DNA of 64,000 bases from the NCBI RefSeq assembly GCF_030684315.1, contig NC_081396.1, forward strand, positions 8,795,628-8,859,627, written 5' to 3'. The position numbers and the translations under genes are program-made. Positions 1 through 14,085 of this stretch are shown one piece after another (within the stretch, counting starts at the first letter, position 1; every line of letters starts with the position of its first letter). Under the pieces are notes generated by a model. It saw nothing but the letters and a program-made list of their open reading frames with translations. It ran no database searches and had not been told where the DNA came from. Source of the stretch: Stegostoma tigrinum. Its lineage: Eukaryota.

Positions 1-258
1 ATCACCCCTCAATTTAAAGCTATGCCCCCTCGTGCTAGCCATCACCATCCGAGGAAAAAGGCTCTCACTGTCCACCCTATCTAATCCTCTGATCATCTTG
101 TATGTCTCTATTAGGTCACCTCTAAACCTTCTTCTCTCTAACGAAAACAGCCTCAAATCCCTCAGCCTTTCCACATAAGACCTTCCCTCCACACCACGCA
201 ACATCCTGGTAAATCTCCTCTGCCCCGTTTCCAATGCTTCCACATCCTTCTTATAATG
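1..258 (-). mobile_element. CR1-clade LINE (HER1-like) ORF2 3' fragment
   Basis: Minus strand encodes the CR1 C-terminal motif (QRRFTRML...RGDLIETYK); near-identical to 12530-12790. Confidence 0.85.
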
Positions 259-329
259 CATTGCAAATCGTTGTGATGAGTGTAAGGTGGAAAGTTTTGA
301 AAAAATATATCTTTGTTCAGCAACATTCA

Positions 330-1840
330 TACATCAAAGATGTTGGATTCTAGGACTGACTGAGTGAATCCCTTCTCACACTCAAAGCATGAAAGCGGCC
401 TCACTCTGGTGTGAATTTTCAGGAGTACAGTGCGTTCGCATGACCAACTAAACACACTGCCGCGGTGAAAGCACCTAAATAGTCTCAGGTCAGTGTGAAC
501 ACGTACATACTGAACAACAGATCCACGGAACAAGAATGTATGGATTTTACAAGTTTAACAAACAAGAGATCTTCCGTCAACTCATGAGTATCTCAACTGA
601 ACAAGAACAAAAGAACAAAATAGCATGGGACCAGGAACTTTGGCCCTCCAAGCCTGCGCCACCACATTTTGCCATTCCATACTAAAACTGCCTTCACTTA
701 CAGGATCTGTATCCCTCTTTTCGCTTCCTATTTGTGCATTTGTCCAGTGTGTCCTGAATGTTGCTATTGTGTCTGCTTCCTCCACCACCTCTAGCAGCAC
801 GTTCCAGGCACTCACTACCCTTTGTGTGAGAAACTTGCCCCGCACATCTCTTTTAAACTCCAAACCCAGCACCCTCCCTGCCCCCCCAATCTTAAGCCTG
901 TGTCCCCTAGTAATTGATCCTTCCTCCCTGGGAAAAAGCCTCATACTTTCCACTCTATCCATGCCATTCACAATCTTATAAACTTCTATCAGGTCACTCC
1001 TCAACCTCCTGCAGTCCAGTCAGAGCAAATCTAGTCTATCCAACGTCTCTTCATAGCTAAAATCCCTCATACCAGGCAGCATCCTGGTAAACATTTTCTG
1101 TACCCTCTCCAAAGTATCCACATCCTTCTGGTCACGTGGTGACCGGAACTGTAGGCAATAGTCCATGTGTGGCCTAAAGTTCTGTAAGCTGCTGCATAAT
1201 TTGCCTTTCCTTATACTTCATACCCTTTCCAGTGAAGGCAAGAATGTAATAGGCACTTTTTAAAAAAAAACTATCTTATCTACCTGCACAGCCATCTTCA
1301 GTGATCCGTGGACCTGTGTATCCAGATCCCTCTGAATATCAATACTCTTAAAGTTTCTGCCATTCTCTGTGTTATTTCCACCCATGCTTGACCTTCCGAA
1401 ATGCATCACCTCACGTTTGTCAGGAATAAACTCCATCTGCCATTTTTCTGCTTCCAACTGATCTGTTTCTTGCTGTATGCTCTGACAATCCTCCTCTCTA
1501 TCTGCAACTGCACCAATCTTTGTATTGTCCGCAAACTTGCTAATTAGACCAACCACATTTTCCTCCAAATCATTTATGCAGACCATGAACAGCAGAGGTC
1601 CCAGCACCAATCCCTGCGGAAAACCACTAGTTACAACCCTCCATTCCGAAAAGCGTCCTTCCACTGCCAGCCTCTGACTCCTATGACCAAGCCTGTCCTG
1701 TATCCATCTTGCCAGCTCACCCCCAATAGGTCTGATGAATTTGAGAGTGTCTTCCCACACATGAAGCAATTGAATGATGTTTCCCCAGTCTGAACTTGCT
1801 GGTGTTTTTGCAGTTTTGGAAGACACTGGAACCTCTTCCT
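330..1840 (-). pseudogene. Decayed C2H2 zinc-finger gene split by a CR1 insertion
   Basis: Finger remnants CPPCRKRFQCLPKLQKHQQVQTGETSFNCFMCGKTLSNSSDLL (1725-1840) and KIHTRVRPLSCFECEKGFTQS (350-500) flank the CR1 at 597-1720. Confidence 0.7.
597..1720 (-). mobile_element. CR1-clade LINE, 5'-truncated RT region plus 3' tail
   Basis: ORF 1260-1892 has RT motifs (SGFPQGLVLGPLLF, SKFADNTKI); ORF 582-1004 has the CR1 C-terminus; (TTCTTTTG)n-like tail at ~597-620. Confidence 0.9.
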
Positions 1841-2102
1841 GCAGGGAGGACAAACGAATAAGTGGATCCAAAGTGCCATAAGCTTCTTGCACCGGTTTTT
1901 AGAGGGAGATCTCTTCTTAGGAACTAATTTGTTGAAAAGATGTCAATTAGACTAAATGCAGGCTTTCTAACAAAAGACAGAATTGTCTTTTCTGCAGGAT
2001 ACCAACAGCAATAAACTGTCTGAAGTTTTTGAAGATCAGCAGACACACACCAATGAACATCGTTCATTAATACAAGTAAAAGCAAAATACCAATCACTGT
2101 AG

Positions 2103-2969
2103 TTACTTGTGAACTCGCTTATGTCTCAGCAATGTGGATAACTGAGTAAATGCCTTCCCATATATACAGCAAGTGAACAGCTTCTCACCAGTGTGAATTC
2201 TCTGGTGCACAGTCAGTTGAGATGTTTGTCTAAAGCCAGTCCCACAGTGAGGGCATCGGAACGGTCTTTCTCCAGTGTAAACACATTGATGGTTCATCAG
2301 TTCCCTGGAACTTTTATAGCATTTCTCAGAGTCTGGACATTTATAAGGTCTCTCATCAGTGTGAACGTGCTGGTGTTTAATCAAATGGAATGACTGAATG
2401 AATCCCTTCCCACACACGGAGCAGGCGAATGGCCTCTCCCCGATGTGAATTCGCTGGTGTATGATCAGTTGAGATGATCGCTTAAATACAGTCCCACAAT
2501 GAGCACATCTGAATGGCCTCTTGTCGGTGTGAGCACATTGATGGGATATCAGTTTCTCAGAACTTTTAAAGCAGGCCTCGCAATCAGGACATTTGAAAGG
2601 TCTCTCATTAGTGTGAGCCAGCTGGTGTTTCAGCAGATGGGCTACCTGGGCGTATTCCTTCCCACACTTGGAGCAGGTGAAAGGTCTTTCCCCAGTCTGA
2701 CTACGTCGATGAATTTCCACCTGAGACGGATAATTGAATCCCTTCCCACAGTCTCCGCATTTCCATGGTTTCTCCCCAGTGTGACCACGTTGGTGCCTTT
2801 CCAGGTCAGATGGGTAATTGAATCCTTTCCCACAGTTGCCACATTTCCAGGCCTTCTCCCTGATGTGACTGCGTTTGTGCTTTAGTAGGCCAGATGATCG
2901 GCTGAATCCTACTCCACACATACAGATGTATGGCTTCTCCCTATTATGAATGGTGCTTTCTCTTTCCAT
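2103..2969 (-). CDS. C2H2 zinc-finger protein A (288 aa; 10 finger units, 4 with lost or altered ligands); no effector domain
   Basis: Open ORF of tandem CxxC..HxxxH fingers with TGEKP/TDERP linkers; ATG in TTTGAACATGG context at 2969; splice acceptor TTTCACAG ~3078 upstream. Confidence 0.85.
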   Translation of the reverse strand: MERESTIHNREKPYICMCGVGFSRSSGLLKHKRSHIREKAWKCGNCGKGFNYPSDLERHQRGHTGEKPWKCGDCGKGFNYPSQVEIHRRSQTGERPFTCSKCGKEYAQVAHLLKHQLAHTNERPFKCPDCEACFKSSEKLISHQCAHTDKRPFRCAHCGTVFKRSSQLIIHQRIHIGERPFACSVCGKGFIQSFHLIKHQHVHTDERPYKCPDSEKCYKSSRELMNHQCVYTGERPFRCPHCGTGFRQTSQLTVHQRIHTGEKLFTCCIYGKAFTQLSTLLRHKRVHK

Positions 2970-4199
2970 GTTCAAACCTGATGAAATTCAGGTTGTGACA
3001 GTTTGGGTACTGCCATCAGATTCTGAATTAATATTTAATTTAAAGTTTTCCAAATGCAAATTTTCCCCCTTTAACAACCTGTGAAATGGGGGAGAAAAGG
3101 AATAGTGAGAGAATCCACAAAATCATACAGGTCTCAAAATTAGCTGAATCAATCTAGTAATTTGTGCAAATAGCACTAGGAAAAATACATGCTCGTGAAA
3201 GTAACTGAGCTGTCACAACCACAACAACTGGTTCATTCATGTCCATCAGAGAAGGGAATCTGCCAGACAGACAAACACAAGACTCTAGCCCCTTTGGGAA
3301 GGTGTGAGGAGAAAGAGGGAGGAGAGCGGAAAATCACAAGATGTAGAAGAAAGATCTTTTTCATCTACACCTGAAACAGCATGCTGATTGGCTCTCCCAA
3401 ACATTCTACCTCCACTATATAGAACGACTAGGGTAGCTGGTGAATATTGACAACACTACCTCCAATTCCCCACCAAGTCATACACTGTCCTGACGCATGA
3501 AGCCTCACACTGGCTGTTAATGTGCACAAATCATATTGAAGGTGATACTGAGAGAGCACTTTGCAAGATATATGGGGATTTGGCCTTAGTAAAGAGAAGT
3601 GTTGAGTACCACTTCGCAGAATGGATGCTGACCCAAAACAAAATACTGCTTTTGATGTATCCATCAGGAGTAGTCAGGGGAGTGAAGTTGAGGGCTCGTG
3701 TGTCGCTGCTTAATGACTGAGACTCACTTTTTGCAACTTTGTATCCAAACTTAACCACTGGAGTTGAGGTTCTGTTCTGCACTTCCTGTAATACCAAGAG
3801 AACCTGCCCTTCCTCAGGTGGTTGCGCAGGATCGAACACTTTCTCCAGGTGTGGTCTAACTGTGATTTGAAATATCTTCACGTTTTTCTAGTCACATCCA
3901 TACCTGAAGTCTTTCCCAAAGGTAAGCCTTTTTCTTCTCACACCGTCAAGGTCGGCTGATAGCCAAGTCCTGAGGAGTCGAATAGCATTGTCGGAATTTG
4001 ACGTGGTGTTTCTTTTTGGGTTTCCTGGCTGCAAATCAGTTTCATTTAATACCCTCTGAAAAGGAGATGACAACAAATTAAAACATTCATTCTCGATCCA
4101 AGTTAGAAATCCAGAAGGCACTGGCACAAACCTTCTTCTCGGTTTGAGTTTGCTGTGTGCAAATCCTCTTCTAAACTCTTGACAAAGGAAGCCTGCAGA

Positions 4200-4900
4200 T
4201 GCGCCTTGCCCCCTACAAAAGTGGCGGCCGCGCATCCCTCTCCTGGGACGTTGCCCCCGAGAAACATGGTGGCGGCAACACGAGCCGGTCCGACCTGAGG
4301 CCTGCAACTCTTTTCCTCATTCATGCAAGAGCGGAGCCGACAGATTCTAACTCGGGTCTAATGACCTTCACTGGTTGCTTATAAGTCCTCCAGGTCTACA
4401 CGGATTTCATTGCTGTCAGCCTCTGTGATGTTTCTCCGACTCTGCCATCTTGCTCTGGAACGAGACTTCTGTTGCATCGTCACTGCGGCTGCGTGATGAA
4501 ATGTGTGTGACGTTCACAGTCATCACCTGCTCCGATTGGTTGTAGGACCTCTGCTTCCCAAACGGTCCTCCAGGTCCATGTCCGTCGATCCGGAGCTGCA
4601 GTCAACGCATGCGTAGTCGCCACCCTTTCCCCCCCACTACCCCAAACATAAGGTCGCCAATGGTCAGAAACAAAAAGGGAGACGAAGTGTTGGGAGAAAC
4701 TTGGTTTCTGGACCTACAGTCGGTGAGAAATCAGGCCGATCAGTTGGGGTGATGGATGGATGGGTAGACTGACTTCGGGAACACCTCAAACCCGGATAAG
4801 CGTCTTCATTTGCACCAAACAGTGGAGCTGCCAAATCCCTCCATTGACCAGTCCGAAGGAGACGATCGCCATCTTTGATATGGGCACTGGGGAAAGGGGT
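4200..4900. promoter_or_regulatory. CpG-rich bidirectional promoter between ZNF-A (-) and ZNF-B (+)
   Basis: CpG-rich; CCAAT (GATTGG ~4535), CRE-like GTGACG ~4508, NRF1-like ACGCATGCGT ~4605; YY1-type motifs oriented outward on both sides. Confidence 0.6.
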
Positions 4901-5320
4901 GACTGTGGCGTAGGGTGGCAACGAGTGGAATGAATGAGGAGCTTACTGCCCATTGTTCGGAATGGAGACAACTTGTCCATCAAGCTGCATCCGCCTTTCA
5001 CATTCAATATCTTATTGATTAGCGTTCGGGTTTGACAACCTTTGCCTTGGTGTTTTAACAAAACAAAGGACTGTAGATGTTCGAAGTTAGAAGTCTGAAA
5101 TAAAAGCAGAAAGTAAGCCAGCAGCTCTGACAGCGTCTGTAGCATTTGTTATGTTTGTTTCTGCTGTTGTGTTTTTGTGGGATCTCTCTTACTCGTTTCT
5201 GTTTTAAATCATTTCACAGGTATGCAAAACTGAAGAATTCTAGTTGTGAAGCTCAAAGCTAAAATCACAGCAGGATCTGAAGGAAATTTATTGTAATTTG
5301 AGTATCATTGGACTCTGAAC

Positions 5321-6361
5321 ATGGTAGATAAAGATGTAATTGATAGTGGAGAGAAACTGTACACATGTTCTGTGTGTGGACGAGATTTCAATCGATCATC
5401 TGGCCTGTCAAGACACAAATGCAGTCACAATGGGGAAAAGCCCTGCAAATGTGTGAACTGTGGAAAGGGATTCACTTACCCATCCCAGTTGGAAACGCAT
5501 CAGCGCAGTCACACTGGGGAGAAACCGTGGAAATGTGGGGATTGTGGAAAGGGATTCAATTATCCATCTGAGCTGGAAATTCATCGGCGTAGTCACACTG
5601 CAGAAAAGCTGTTCACCTGCTCTGAGTGTGGGAAGGATTTTTCTCACTTTCATACCCTACTGATACACCAGAGAGTTCACACTGGGGAGAGACCATTCAC
5701 CTGCTCCAAGTGTGGGAGAGGATTCAGTACGTCATCCCATCTACTGATACACCAACGAGTTCACACTAAGGAGAGACCTTTTAAATGTCCAGATTGTGAA
5801 AAGCGTTTTAAAAGTTCTGGGGAACTGATGTCCCATCAACGTGTTCACACTAATGAGAGACCGTTCAGATGCATTGAATGTGGAACTAGATTCAGGCACT
5901 CATGTCAATTAACTGTACACCAGCGAGTTCACACTGGGGAAAGACCATTTGCCTGCTCCATGTGTGGGAGAAAGTTCACTCAATCATCCGACTTACTGAA
6001 ACATCAACGGGTTCACACTGACAAGAGACCTTTTAAGTGTGCAGACTGTGGGAAAAGCTACAAAAGTGCTGGAGAACTTCTGTCCCATCAAAGAACTCAC
6101 ACTGATGAGAGACCATTCATGTGCTCTCACTGTGGGACTGGGTTCGGGCGATCATCTCAGCTCACTGAACACCAGCGGGTTCACACCGGAGAGAGACCAT
6201 TCACCTGCTCCAAGTGTGGGAGTAGGTTCACTCGGTCGTTCAACCTGCTGAGACACCAGCGAGTTCACACCAGGGAGCCACCGTTCACCTGCTCAGAGTG
6301 TGGGAAGGAATTCACTCGTTCATCCACACTGCTGACACACCAGCAAGTTCACATGCACTGA
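5321..6361 (+). CDS. C2H2 zinc-finger protein B (346 aa, 12 intact fingers); no effector domain
   Basis: Open tandem-finger ORF; acceptor TTTCACAG at 5219; in-frame TAA at 5294 shows the leader is non-coding. Confidence 0.92.
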   Translation: MVDKDVIDSGEKLYTCSVCGRDFNRSSGLSRHKCSHNGEKPCKCVNCGKGFTYPSQLETHQRSHTGEKPWKCGDCGKGFNYPSELEIHRRSHTAEKLFTCSECGKDFSHFHTLLIHQRVHTGERPFTCSKCGRGFSTSSHLLIHQRVHTKERPFKCPDCEKRFKSSGELMSHQRVHTNERPFRCIECGTRFRHSCQLTVHQRVHTGERPFACSMCGRKFTQSSDLLKHQRVHTDKRPFKCADCGKSYKSAGELLSHQRTHTDERPFMCSHCGTGFGRSSQLTEHQRVHTGERPFTCSKCGSRFTRSFNLLRHQRVHTREPPFTCSECGKEFTRSSTLLTHQQVHMH

Positions 6362-6919
6362 CGTTGTTTAGGGAAGAGTGGTGCAGTTGCATTTGAAGAT
6401 GAAGACTGTCCTGATAGGCTGAACTGAAGTAAGGCTCAGGTGAAACATGGCTTGGTGAATCCTGCACCTCCTACACTGTCTGTCTTTCCTTTGGAAGGTG
6501 CAACAACAACTGCATCGTGGAGAGTCATCCTGAGTTCTCCACCGAGAGGTGCTGACAGCACAGTTTACCAACAAAGCACAGATCAAGGTGTTCTGAAACA
6601 GGAAGCCAACATCACACCATCAGAACACTATCTACAAATACAACTGACTGTCTTTGAGATGTTGTCCATCCTTTTGCATCACACCCCACTGTTCCTAAAT
6701 AACACCTTTCGTCTTCATGTGATCTGTGCATTCGTAGAACTGTCAAGAATGCAACTGAAAATTGTTTGCATGCTTCATGTTTGTAACATAACACATTCAT
6801 TAAGTGAAATACACCAGAAACTTTTTGCAAAGAGTTTCTTTGTCTTTAGGTTTTGCTTTTACTGAGTTCATTAGTATTAATTTCCTTGTACATGCAAGAT
6901 GGCACCAATTGAGGTAAAG

Positions 6920-7090
6920 GAATACAATCTCATATCCATTATGGAAACAAGGAGATCGAAACTGGGAACTTTACATTCAGGGATATTTAAACTTTTGGAC
7001 AGATGGGAGGGATTAAAAAGGTAGTGGAGTAGCACAGTTAGTAAGAGATGCAATAAGGACAGTTGCAAGAGACGATCTAGGATCAGGTGA
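6920..7090 (+). mobile_element. CR1 endonuclease-domain fragment
   Basis: Degenerate WELYIQGY...GSGVAQL APE-like motif. Confidence 0.55.
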
Positions 7091-7109
7091 TGTAGATCTA
7101 CATCACCAA

Positions 7110-7540
7110 AAATAGCTGACTGTGGTGAGAGTGAGAGCAGGCAACCTGAGGTGGCCGGTGGCGAGAGTATGTTCAGGTAGTCCCGAGGCAGTTGGTGGTG
7201 CGATCAGGGAGTCAGGGAGCCCTGGGCGGCTGACAGCGAGGGCGGGTGTGAGAACAGACAGCCCAGGACAGCAGTGTGCAGCAAGGTCAAGCCCAGAGCA
7301 GGGGAGGCTGAACCCTTGTGAGGAGCGTGAACCCAGCAGGGCCAGGCACTTATGGACTGCGGTGTTGAACTTTCTTTTTGTTCCTATATTTTAGTGAGAA
7401 GGACTGTAATGTTTAACTTTTTAACTTTGTTAATCTTTACCTAGGTACCTGAGATGGCACCATAAGTGGCAATTTGTAAACTTTTCACTCTACTCATGTG
7501 AGTACAATTTGACAATAATCCCAATCTAATTCATTCATTT
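7110..7540 (+). mobile_element. Non-LTR repeat with Rex1/Babar-like 3' tail; related copies at ~10300-10570 and ~23060-23480
   Basis: Shared 'aagatggc..aagtggc..ttgtaaacttttcac..gtaca..tgacaata' tail in three places. Confidence 0.5.
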
Positions 7541-7906
7541 CACACCTTCTCACAGTAAGTGACTCTGCTGTGGAGTTTTCCATTTTGTTTTGTTCAGTTT
7601 TCCAACCTTTGTGATATTTCTCTTTTCGTCTGTGCAACAACGTCATCTCACTGTGCTGTCCCGGTTAAATCGGTGAAAAGCAGTCCTGAGCTGAACCTAC
7701 CTTTTATGGTTAAATTGTGTTACAGTCTTACAGTTATGAGTTAACTTTTTTGAGGATTATAAGGTTGGTTCGTTTGAACCTGTCTGTTTAATTTTGAGTA
7801 AAAGAGATTAATGAAGAGTCCCAGGCATCTTATTCAGATGATAAACTTGCTTCTGTTGCTATGGGAAAGCGAAGCCCAAGTCAAGGAACTTGTTGGCCTG
7901 AGTGTA

Positions 7907-8050
7907 TCAGAGATAATGGGAACTGCAGATTCTGGAGAATCCAAGATAACAAAGTGTGGAGCTGGATGAACACAGCAGGCCAAGCAGCATCTCAGGAGCA
8001 CAAAAGCTGCCTGGCCTGCTGCGTTCATCCAGCTCCACACTTTGTTTTCT
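7907..8050. mobile_element. Short fold-back PLE-terminus element
   Basis: GTGTGGAGCTGGATGAACACAGCAGGCC and its reverse complement; flanking repeat CTGAGTGTAT. Confidence 0.75.
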
Positions 8051-8249
8051 CAGGCTGAGTGTATACCTTTCTCAACTGGGGCAAACAGCCAAGGCAACTA
8101 CATTAATAAAAATATGACAATTGTATATGATCAGTGACTGCCGCAACATTCTTGCCTTTAAAACAAACATTTGAATAGCTAAGAATTGAGACAGGGGTAT
8201 GTTCAGCAAGACCTGGGTGCCCTCATGCGGCACTGGCTGTACGCAGTCA

Positions 8250-9055
8250 AAGAGTCATCAAGGTTTACGGCATGGAAACAGGCCCTTGGCCAAACTTCTC
8301 TGGGCCGTCCAATTTTCCACACTTAATCTGGTCAGGGTTTGCCTGTGTTTGGCCCCTATCCCTCCCTCCCTATCCCATCCATGTACCTGCCCAAATGTTT
8401 CTCAAATGACAACATTGTACTCACCTCCACCACTACCTCTGGTAGCCCATTCCAGACACTCACCACCCTCAGTGTGAAAAAATTGCTCCTTTGGAACATT
8501 TTATATTTTTCCCCTCTCACCTTAAACCTATGGCCTCTAGTTTCAGACTCCCCAATTATGGGGAAAAGCTGTTGGCTATCTACCTTACCCATGCCTCTCA
8601 TGATTTTGTACACCTACATAAGGTAACCCCTCAGTCTCCTACACTCCAAGGAAAAGAGTCCCAGCCTATCCAACCTTTCCTTATAACTCAAACCTTCCAG
8701 TCCAAGTAGCATCCTAGTAAATCCTTTCCGCCACTCTTTCTTGTTTAATAGTATCCTTTCTGTAGCAGGGCGACTAAAATTGCATGCAGTTCTCCAAACG
8801 TGGCCTCACCAACATCTTGTACAACTGCAACAATATGCCCCAACTCCTCTTCACAACACTCTGACTGATGAAAGCAAGGATTCCTAAAGCCTTCTTCACC
8901 GTCCCGTCTACCTGAGACTCCACTTTCAAGGAACAATGACCTTGTACCCCTAGATCTCATTGTTCTACAACAATCTCCAGGGCCCACCTTCGACTGTGTA
9001 AGTCCTGCCCGAGTTTGACCAACACCTTGCATTTATTTAAATTAAACTCCATGTG
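8250..9055 (-). mobile_element. CR1-clade LINE 3' fragment
   Basis: ORF 8356-8613 (YKIMRGMGKVD...FFTLRVVSVWNGLP). Confidence 0.85.
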
Positions 9056-11506
9056 CCTTAAGGCCTTATTGCAAAATACACAGAACATTCACATTAAAGT
9101 AGATCACATGGATGCATGAATATTATAATACAATGTTCATTTGATCAAAATGTGTACATTCAAAATTATACATGATAATGATATACTCATGAATAGCTCT
9201 ATAACGGAAATTTCTTTCATTTTACTGTCTGATTCATCTTGCTTTCCCTTTGCATTAAAGTCTCGTGCTAAACCTGAGAATTCAATTAGAATCTGGCATC
9301 TCATCAGGGGTAAAGAATAGGTGAATCCCACCCCAAATTCATTTGAACTGCTCCTCGCCAGTGTAAACCTGCCAGTGTGCACTGAACTCAAATAAACAAG
9401 CAACTGACTCGTGTTGGGCAATTAAAAAGACCAAGTCACTCAGCAGCTAACAAACCTGATTTATTTTCACAAAAAAAAGATAAATGGGGGTATTATAATG
9501 TTACGATTATGAAGGCATGGTTACAGAGTGTGCAGGAACTGAATATCTGGGGAGTATTCAGTTTTTAGGAAGGACGGACAAAAAGGAAAAGAAGCTGGGG
9601 TAGCGTTGTTGGTTAAGTTGTACATTGACACAATACTGAGGGAGGATATTCATTCCAGTGAAGTTGGACTTGCATGGCTAAAGCTTGTAAACACCAAGGG
9701 CCAGAAAACAATAATTGGAGCACATATGAACTCCCAAACTGTAGTAGTATGCTTGGGAAAGGGATTAAACAGGAAATCAAAAACACAAGCAGTAAAGGTA
9801 TAGCTGTAATTCTGGACAACTTTAATCTGCATACAGATTGTTCCCAATTTGATTTGCCCAATTCCATAGAAGAAGAATTCCTGCAGTGTGTACGAGACGG
9901 CTTTCTGGATCAAAACATTGAGGAACCAACCCATGGATAGGCCATCCTAGACTGGATAATGCATAATGAGAAAGGGATAACTGGCAACCTAGCTGTCGGG
10001 AAATAGCCATAGTGTGATAGAATTCTTCATTAAGATAGAGATTGAAGTAGTTGATTCTGAGACCAGCGTCCCAAATCTAAATAATGGAAACTATGATGGT
10101 ACTAAGTTGGCTATGATGAATTGGCGAACATGATTGAAAGAGATAACAGTGGATAGGCAATGGCAAATATTTTAAAGAATGTATGGATCAATTGCAACAA
10201 CTGTTCATTTCTCAAAAATGAAATGGGAAAGGTGGCCCGACCCTGGCTAACAAGGGAAATTAGGGATAGTATAATATCCTATTATATGATACTATATTAC
10301 ATTATTGTGGAAAGACTGTTACTTCAGAACTTTTTTATTTCTTTATTTTGCTAAACTATTGCAATGATTTTGTACTTTTTAAGGTCTGTAATGCTGAATT
10401 TTTTATTTGTTTATTTTTCTATTTTGCCCCCTGAGAATTTGTACTGCAGAATGTGCACCTTCAAACCTTTGTATCTAAGATGGCATGGTAAGTGGCGACT
10501 TGTAAACTTTTCACAGTACACATATAAGTACACTTGACAAGAAAGCAAGTTCAGTTCAATAATTCAATTTATTCAAGCACTAGACCCAAGCGAGGGCATA
10601 CAAGTTAGCCCAAAAAAAAAGTAGCAGACCTGAGGTTTGGGGGCAGTTTAGACTTCAGTCAAGGGAGATAAAGCGATTGATTAAGGGGAGCATGAGAGTC
10701 AGCTTGCAGGGTACATTCAAACTCATTGCATATGCAAATGAAGAGCAAAAGATTATTGAAGACAAATGTCAGTGCTTTACAATGAGAGAGGAACAAAGAG
10801 ATGGCAGGCCAATTAAAGTCATATTTTGGCTTTTCCTTCACAAAGGAAGACACAAACTGAATAAAAATGTTGGAGGACACATGGTCTAGTGAGAAAGAGG
10901 AACTGAAGGAAATCAGCACTGGAAAGGAAATGTTGTAGAAACTGATGGATTAGAGGCTGATAAATATGCTGGGCTCAATAATCGACATTCCAGAATTCTT
11001 AAAGAAATAAGGGATGCATTGGTGGTCGTCTTTCACAGACTCCTAGTACACTTGCTACGGATTAGACGGTAGCTAGTGTAACCTCACTGTTTAAAAAAGG
11101 AGGTAGGGAGAAAAGAGGAAATTATAGATCGGTTAGCCTGACATCATTAGGAAAATGCTAAAATCCATGATAAAATATTTAACAGCAGAGCATTACAAAA
11201 TAGTGACAGGATTGGACAGAGTTGGCTTGGATTTATGAAAGGGAAATCATGCCTGACAAATCTGGAATTTTTTGATAGTGTAACTCATAGTGTTGATAGG
11301 ACAGCCAATGGATGTAGTTTCCCTGGACTTTCAGAAAGTTCTTGATGAGGTTGCACATACGAGATTCAAGTGTATGGGTATGGTCAAGGATAGAGAACTG
11401 GTTGGCAGAAAGTAAATAAACAGTAGGAATAAATGGGTCTTTTCCAAATGGCAGCCTTTGACTAGTGGGGTATCATAGGGACACCAACTATTCAGAATAT
11501 ATTACA

Positions 11507-11835
11507 GTGGCAAGGTGGCTCAGTGATTAGCACTGCCACCTCACAGCACCAGGAACCCGGGTTTGATTCCAGACACAAGTGACTGTTTGTGTGGAGTTTG
11601 CACATTCTCCCTGTATCTGTACTGGTTTCCTCCCACAATCCAAAGATGTCGGGGGGTTAGGTGAATTGACAGTGCTAAATTGCCCACAGCGTCCAGGGAT
11701 GTGAAGGTTAGTTGGATTAGCCATGGGATATGCAGGGTTACTGGGATAGAGCAGCAGGGTGGTTTTAGATGTGATGCTCTTTGGAAGGTTGGTATGGACT
11801 CGATGGGCCAAAGGGACTGCTTCCAGAATGTATAT
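11507..11835 (+). mobile_element. HE1-type V-SINE
   Basis: tRNA-like head GTGGCTCAGTG..GGTTTGATTCC, V-domain GTGTGGAGTTTGCACATTCTCCC, CR1-like tail. Confidence 0.85.
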
Positions 11836-12284
11836 ATGATAGATACATTAATGATTCAGATGACGGAACTAATATCCCCAGATTTGCAGACGACACAAAG
11901 CCATGACCAGGCTGCAGAAGATACTTCAGTATGATTTGGACAACATGAGTGAATGGGTAAATGCGTCATAATGTGGATAAATGGGAGGTTATCCATTTTT
12001 GCAGCAAAAGCACAAAGGCAGATTATTATCTGATTGGTGATACACTGGGGAGGTGCAATGACACCTGGATGTCCTTGTATACCAATCATTGAAAATAAAC
12101 AATCGGGGCAGGAGAGAAGAAGGCACATGGTATAGTGGCCTCACAGCAGGAGGATTGGAGTCCAGGAGCGGGGATAAGATTACGAAGAGATCTTGATCAA
12201 TTCAGTCGATGGGCTGAGGAGTGGCAGAAGGAGTTTAATTTGGATAAATGTGAGATATTGCATTTTGGTAAAACAAACAATGGC

Positions 12285-12857
12285 ATAGAACATATAGAAC
12301 ATACAACATTACAGCACAGTACAGGCCCTTCGACCCTCGATGTTGCGCCGACCTGTGAAACCAAACTGAAGCCCATCTAACCTACACTATTCGATTATCA
12401 TCCATATGTTTATCCAATCACCATTTAAATACACTTAAAGTTGGCGAGTCTACTACTATTGCAGGCAGGACATTCCACGCCCTTACTGCTCTGAGTAAAG
12501 AACCTACCTCTGACATCTGTCCTATATCTATCATCCCTCAATTTAAACCTATGTCCCATCATGCTAGCCATCACCATCCGAGGAAAAAGGTTCTCACTGT
12601 CCACCCTACCTAACCCTCTGATTATCTTATATGTCTCTATTAAGTCACCTCTTGACCTTCTTCTCTCTAACAAAAACAGCCTCAAGTTCCTCAGCCTTTC
12701 CTCGTAAGATCTTCCTTCCATACCAGACAACATCCTAGTAAATCTCCTCTGCACCCTTTCCAAAGCTTCCGCATCCTTCTTATAATGTGGTGGCCAGAAC
12801 TGTACACAATACTCCAAGTGTAGCCGCACGAGAGTTTTGTACAGCTGCAGCATAACC
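12285..12857 (-). mobile_element. Young CR1 3' fragment inserted into a plus-strand CR1 (12165-13570)
   Basis: ORF 12425-12943 (LEYCVQFWPPHYKKD...); (ATAGAAC)n tail at 12285. Confidence 0.9.
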
Positions 12858-13765
12858 CGTAAAGTTAATGGTAGGGACTTGGCTAGTTTTGAGAAAGAGA
12901 GATCAAGGGGTTCAGGTACATACTTCTTCGAAACTTGCGTCACAGGAAGACAGGGTAGTTAAGAAGGTATTTAGCACGCTCAGACCTTTTAGTAGAGAAA
13001 TTGTTGACGTTCTACAGGACGTAGGTAAAGCCTCCTCTAAGTATTTTGTGCAATTCTGGTCACCCTGTTATAGGAAGGATATTATTAACTTGGAGGGTTG
13101 AAGAAACAATTTACCAGGATGTTGCCAGGAATGGAGGGTTTGAGTTATGGGGAGAAGCTGGGACTCTATGCACTGAAGTGTAGGAGGTTGAGGGGTGACT
13201 TTATAGAGGTTTATAAAATTATGAGGGGCACAGATAAGGTGAATAGCAAGGTTCTTTTCCCTAGGGTGGTGGAGTTCAAAACTAGGGGCATATTTTTAAG
13301 GTGAGATGGGGAAAGTTTTAGAAAAGATTTTGGGGGGGGGGGTAACATTTTCACACGGAGTGGTTTATATGTGGAATGGACGCCAAGAGAAAGTGGTGAA
13401 TGCAGGTACTGTTCTAACATTTAAAATACATTTGAATACATGAGTACATGAATTGGAAAGGTTATAGAGATATGAACCAAACGCAGGCAAGTGAGACTAG
13501 TTTAGTTTGGGAACATGGTTGGCATGGACTGTTTGGACTGAAGGGTCTGTTTCCATGCTGTATGACTCTATGCCTCACTGCAATTGTATAGGGCTTTGTT
13601 GAGACCATACCTGGAGCAGCACACTCCATATCTGAGGAAGGATGTTCTGGCTATGGAGGGAAAGCAGCAAAGATGTACCAGGCTGATTCCTGTGAGAGCA
13701 AAACTGATGGTGTGAGGAGTTTTGGATCAGTTAGGACTTTATTAATCAGAGTTCAGAAAGAAGAG

Positions 13766-14085
13766 GGGCGGCACGGTGGCTCAGTGGTTAGCACTGCAGC
13801 CTCACAGCACCAGAGACCCAGGTTCGATTCCAGCCTCAGGCAACTGTCTCTGTGGAGTTTGCACATTCTCCCAATGTTTGCGTGGGTTTCCTCTGGGTGC
13901 TCCGGTTTCCTCCCACAGTCCAAAGATGTGCAGGTTAGGTGGATCGGCCATGCTAAATTGCCCGTAGTGTTTAGGGGTGTGTGGGTTATAGGGTGATGGG
14001 TCTGGGTGGGATGTTTCAAGGGGCGGTGTGGACTTGTTGGGCCGAAGGGCCTGTTTCCACACTGTAAGTAATCTAATCTAATCTC
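13766..14085 (+). mobile_element. HE1-type V-SINE, full length
   Basis: Intact A/B boxes, V-domain, (AATCT)n tail. Confidence 0.92.

Noticed and set aside
5220-5320. Possible coding N-terminal extension or KRAB-like exon for the ZNFs
   Set aside because: In-frame TAA at 5294 in ZNF-B; no KRAB A-box-like sequence seen upstream of any gene
9300-9400. Finger-like remnants (also 3780-3960 and 47700-47900)
   Set aside because: Too decayed to delimit as separate pseudogenes
13766-13840. tRNA-like sequence with A and B boxes (also at 11507, 33054, 61837)
   Set aside because: Heads of HE1 SINEs, followed directly by the V-domain; not tRNA genes
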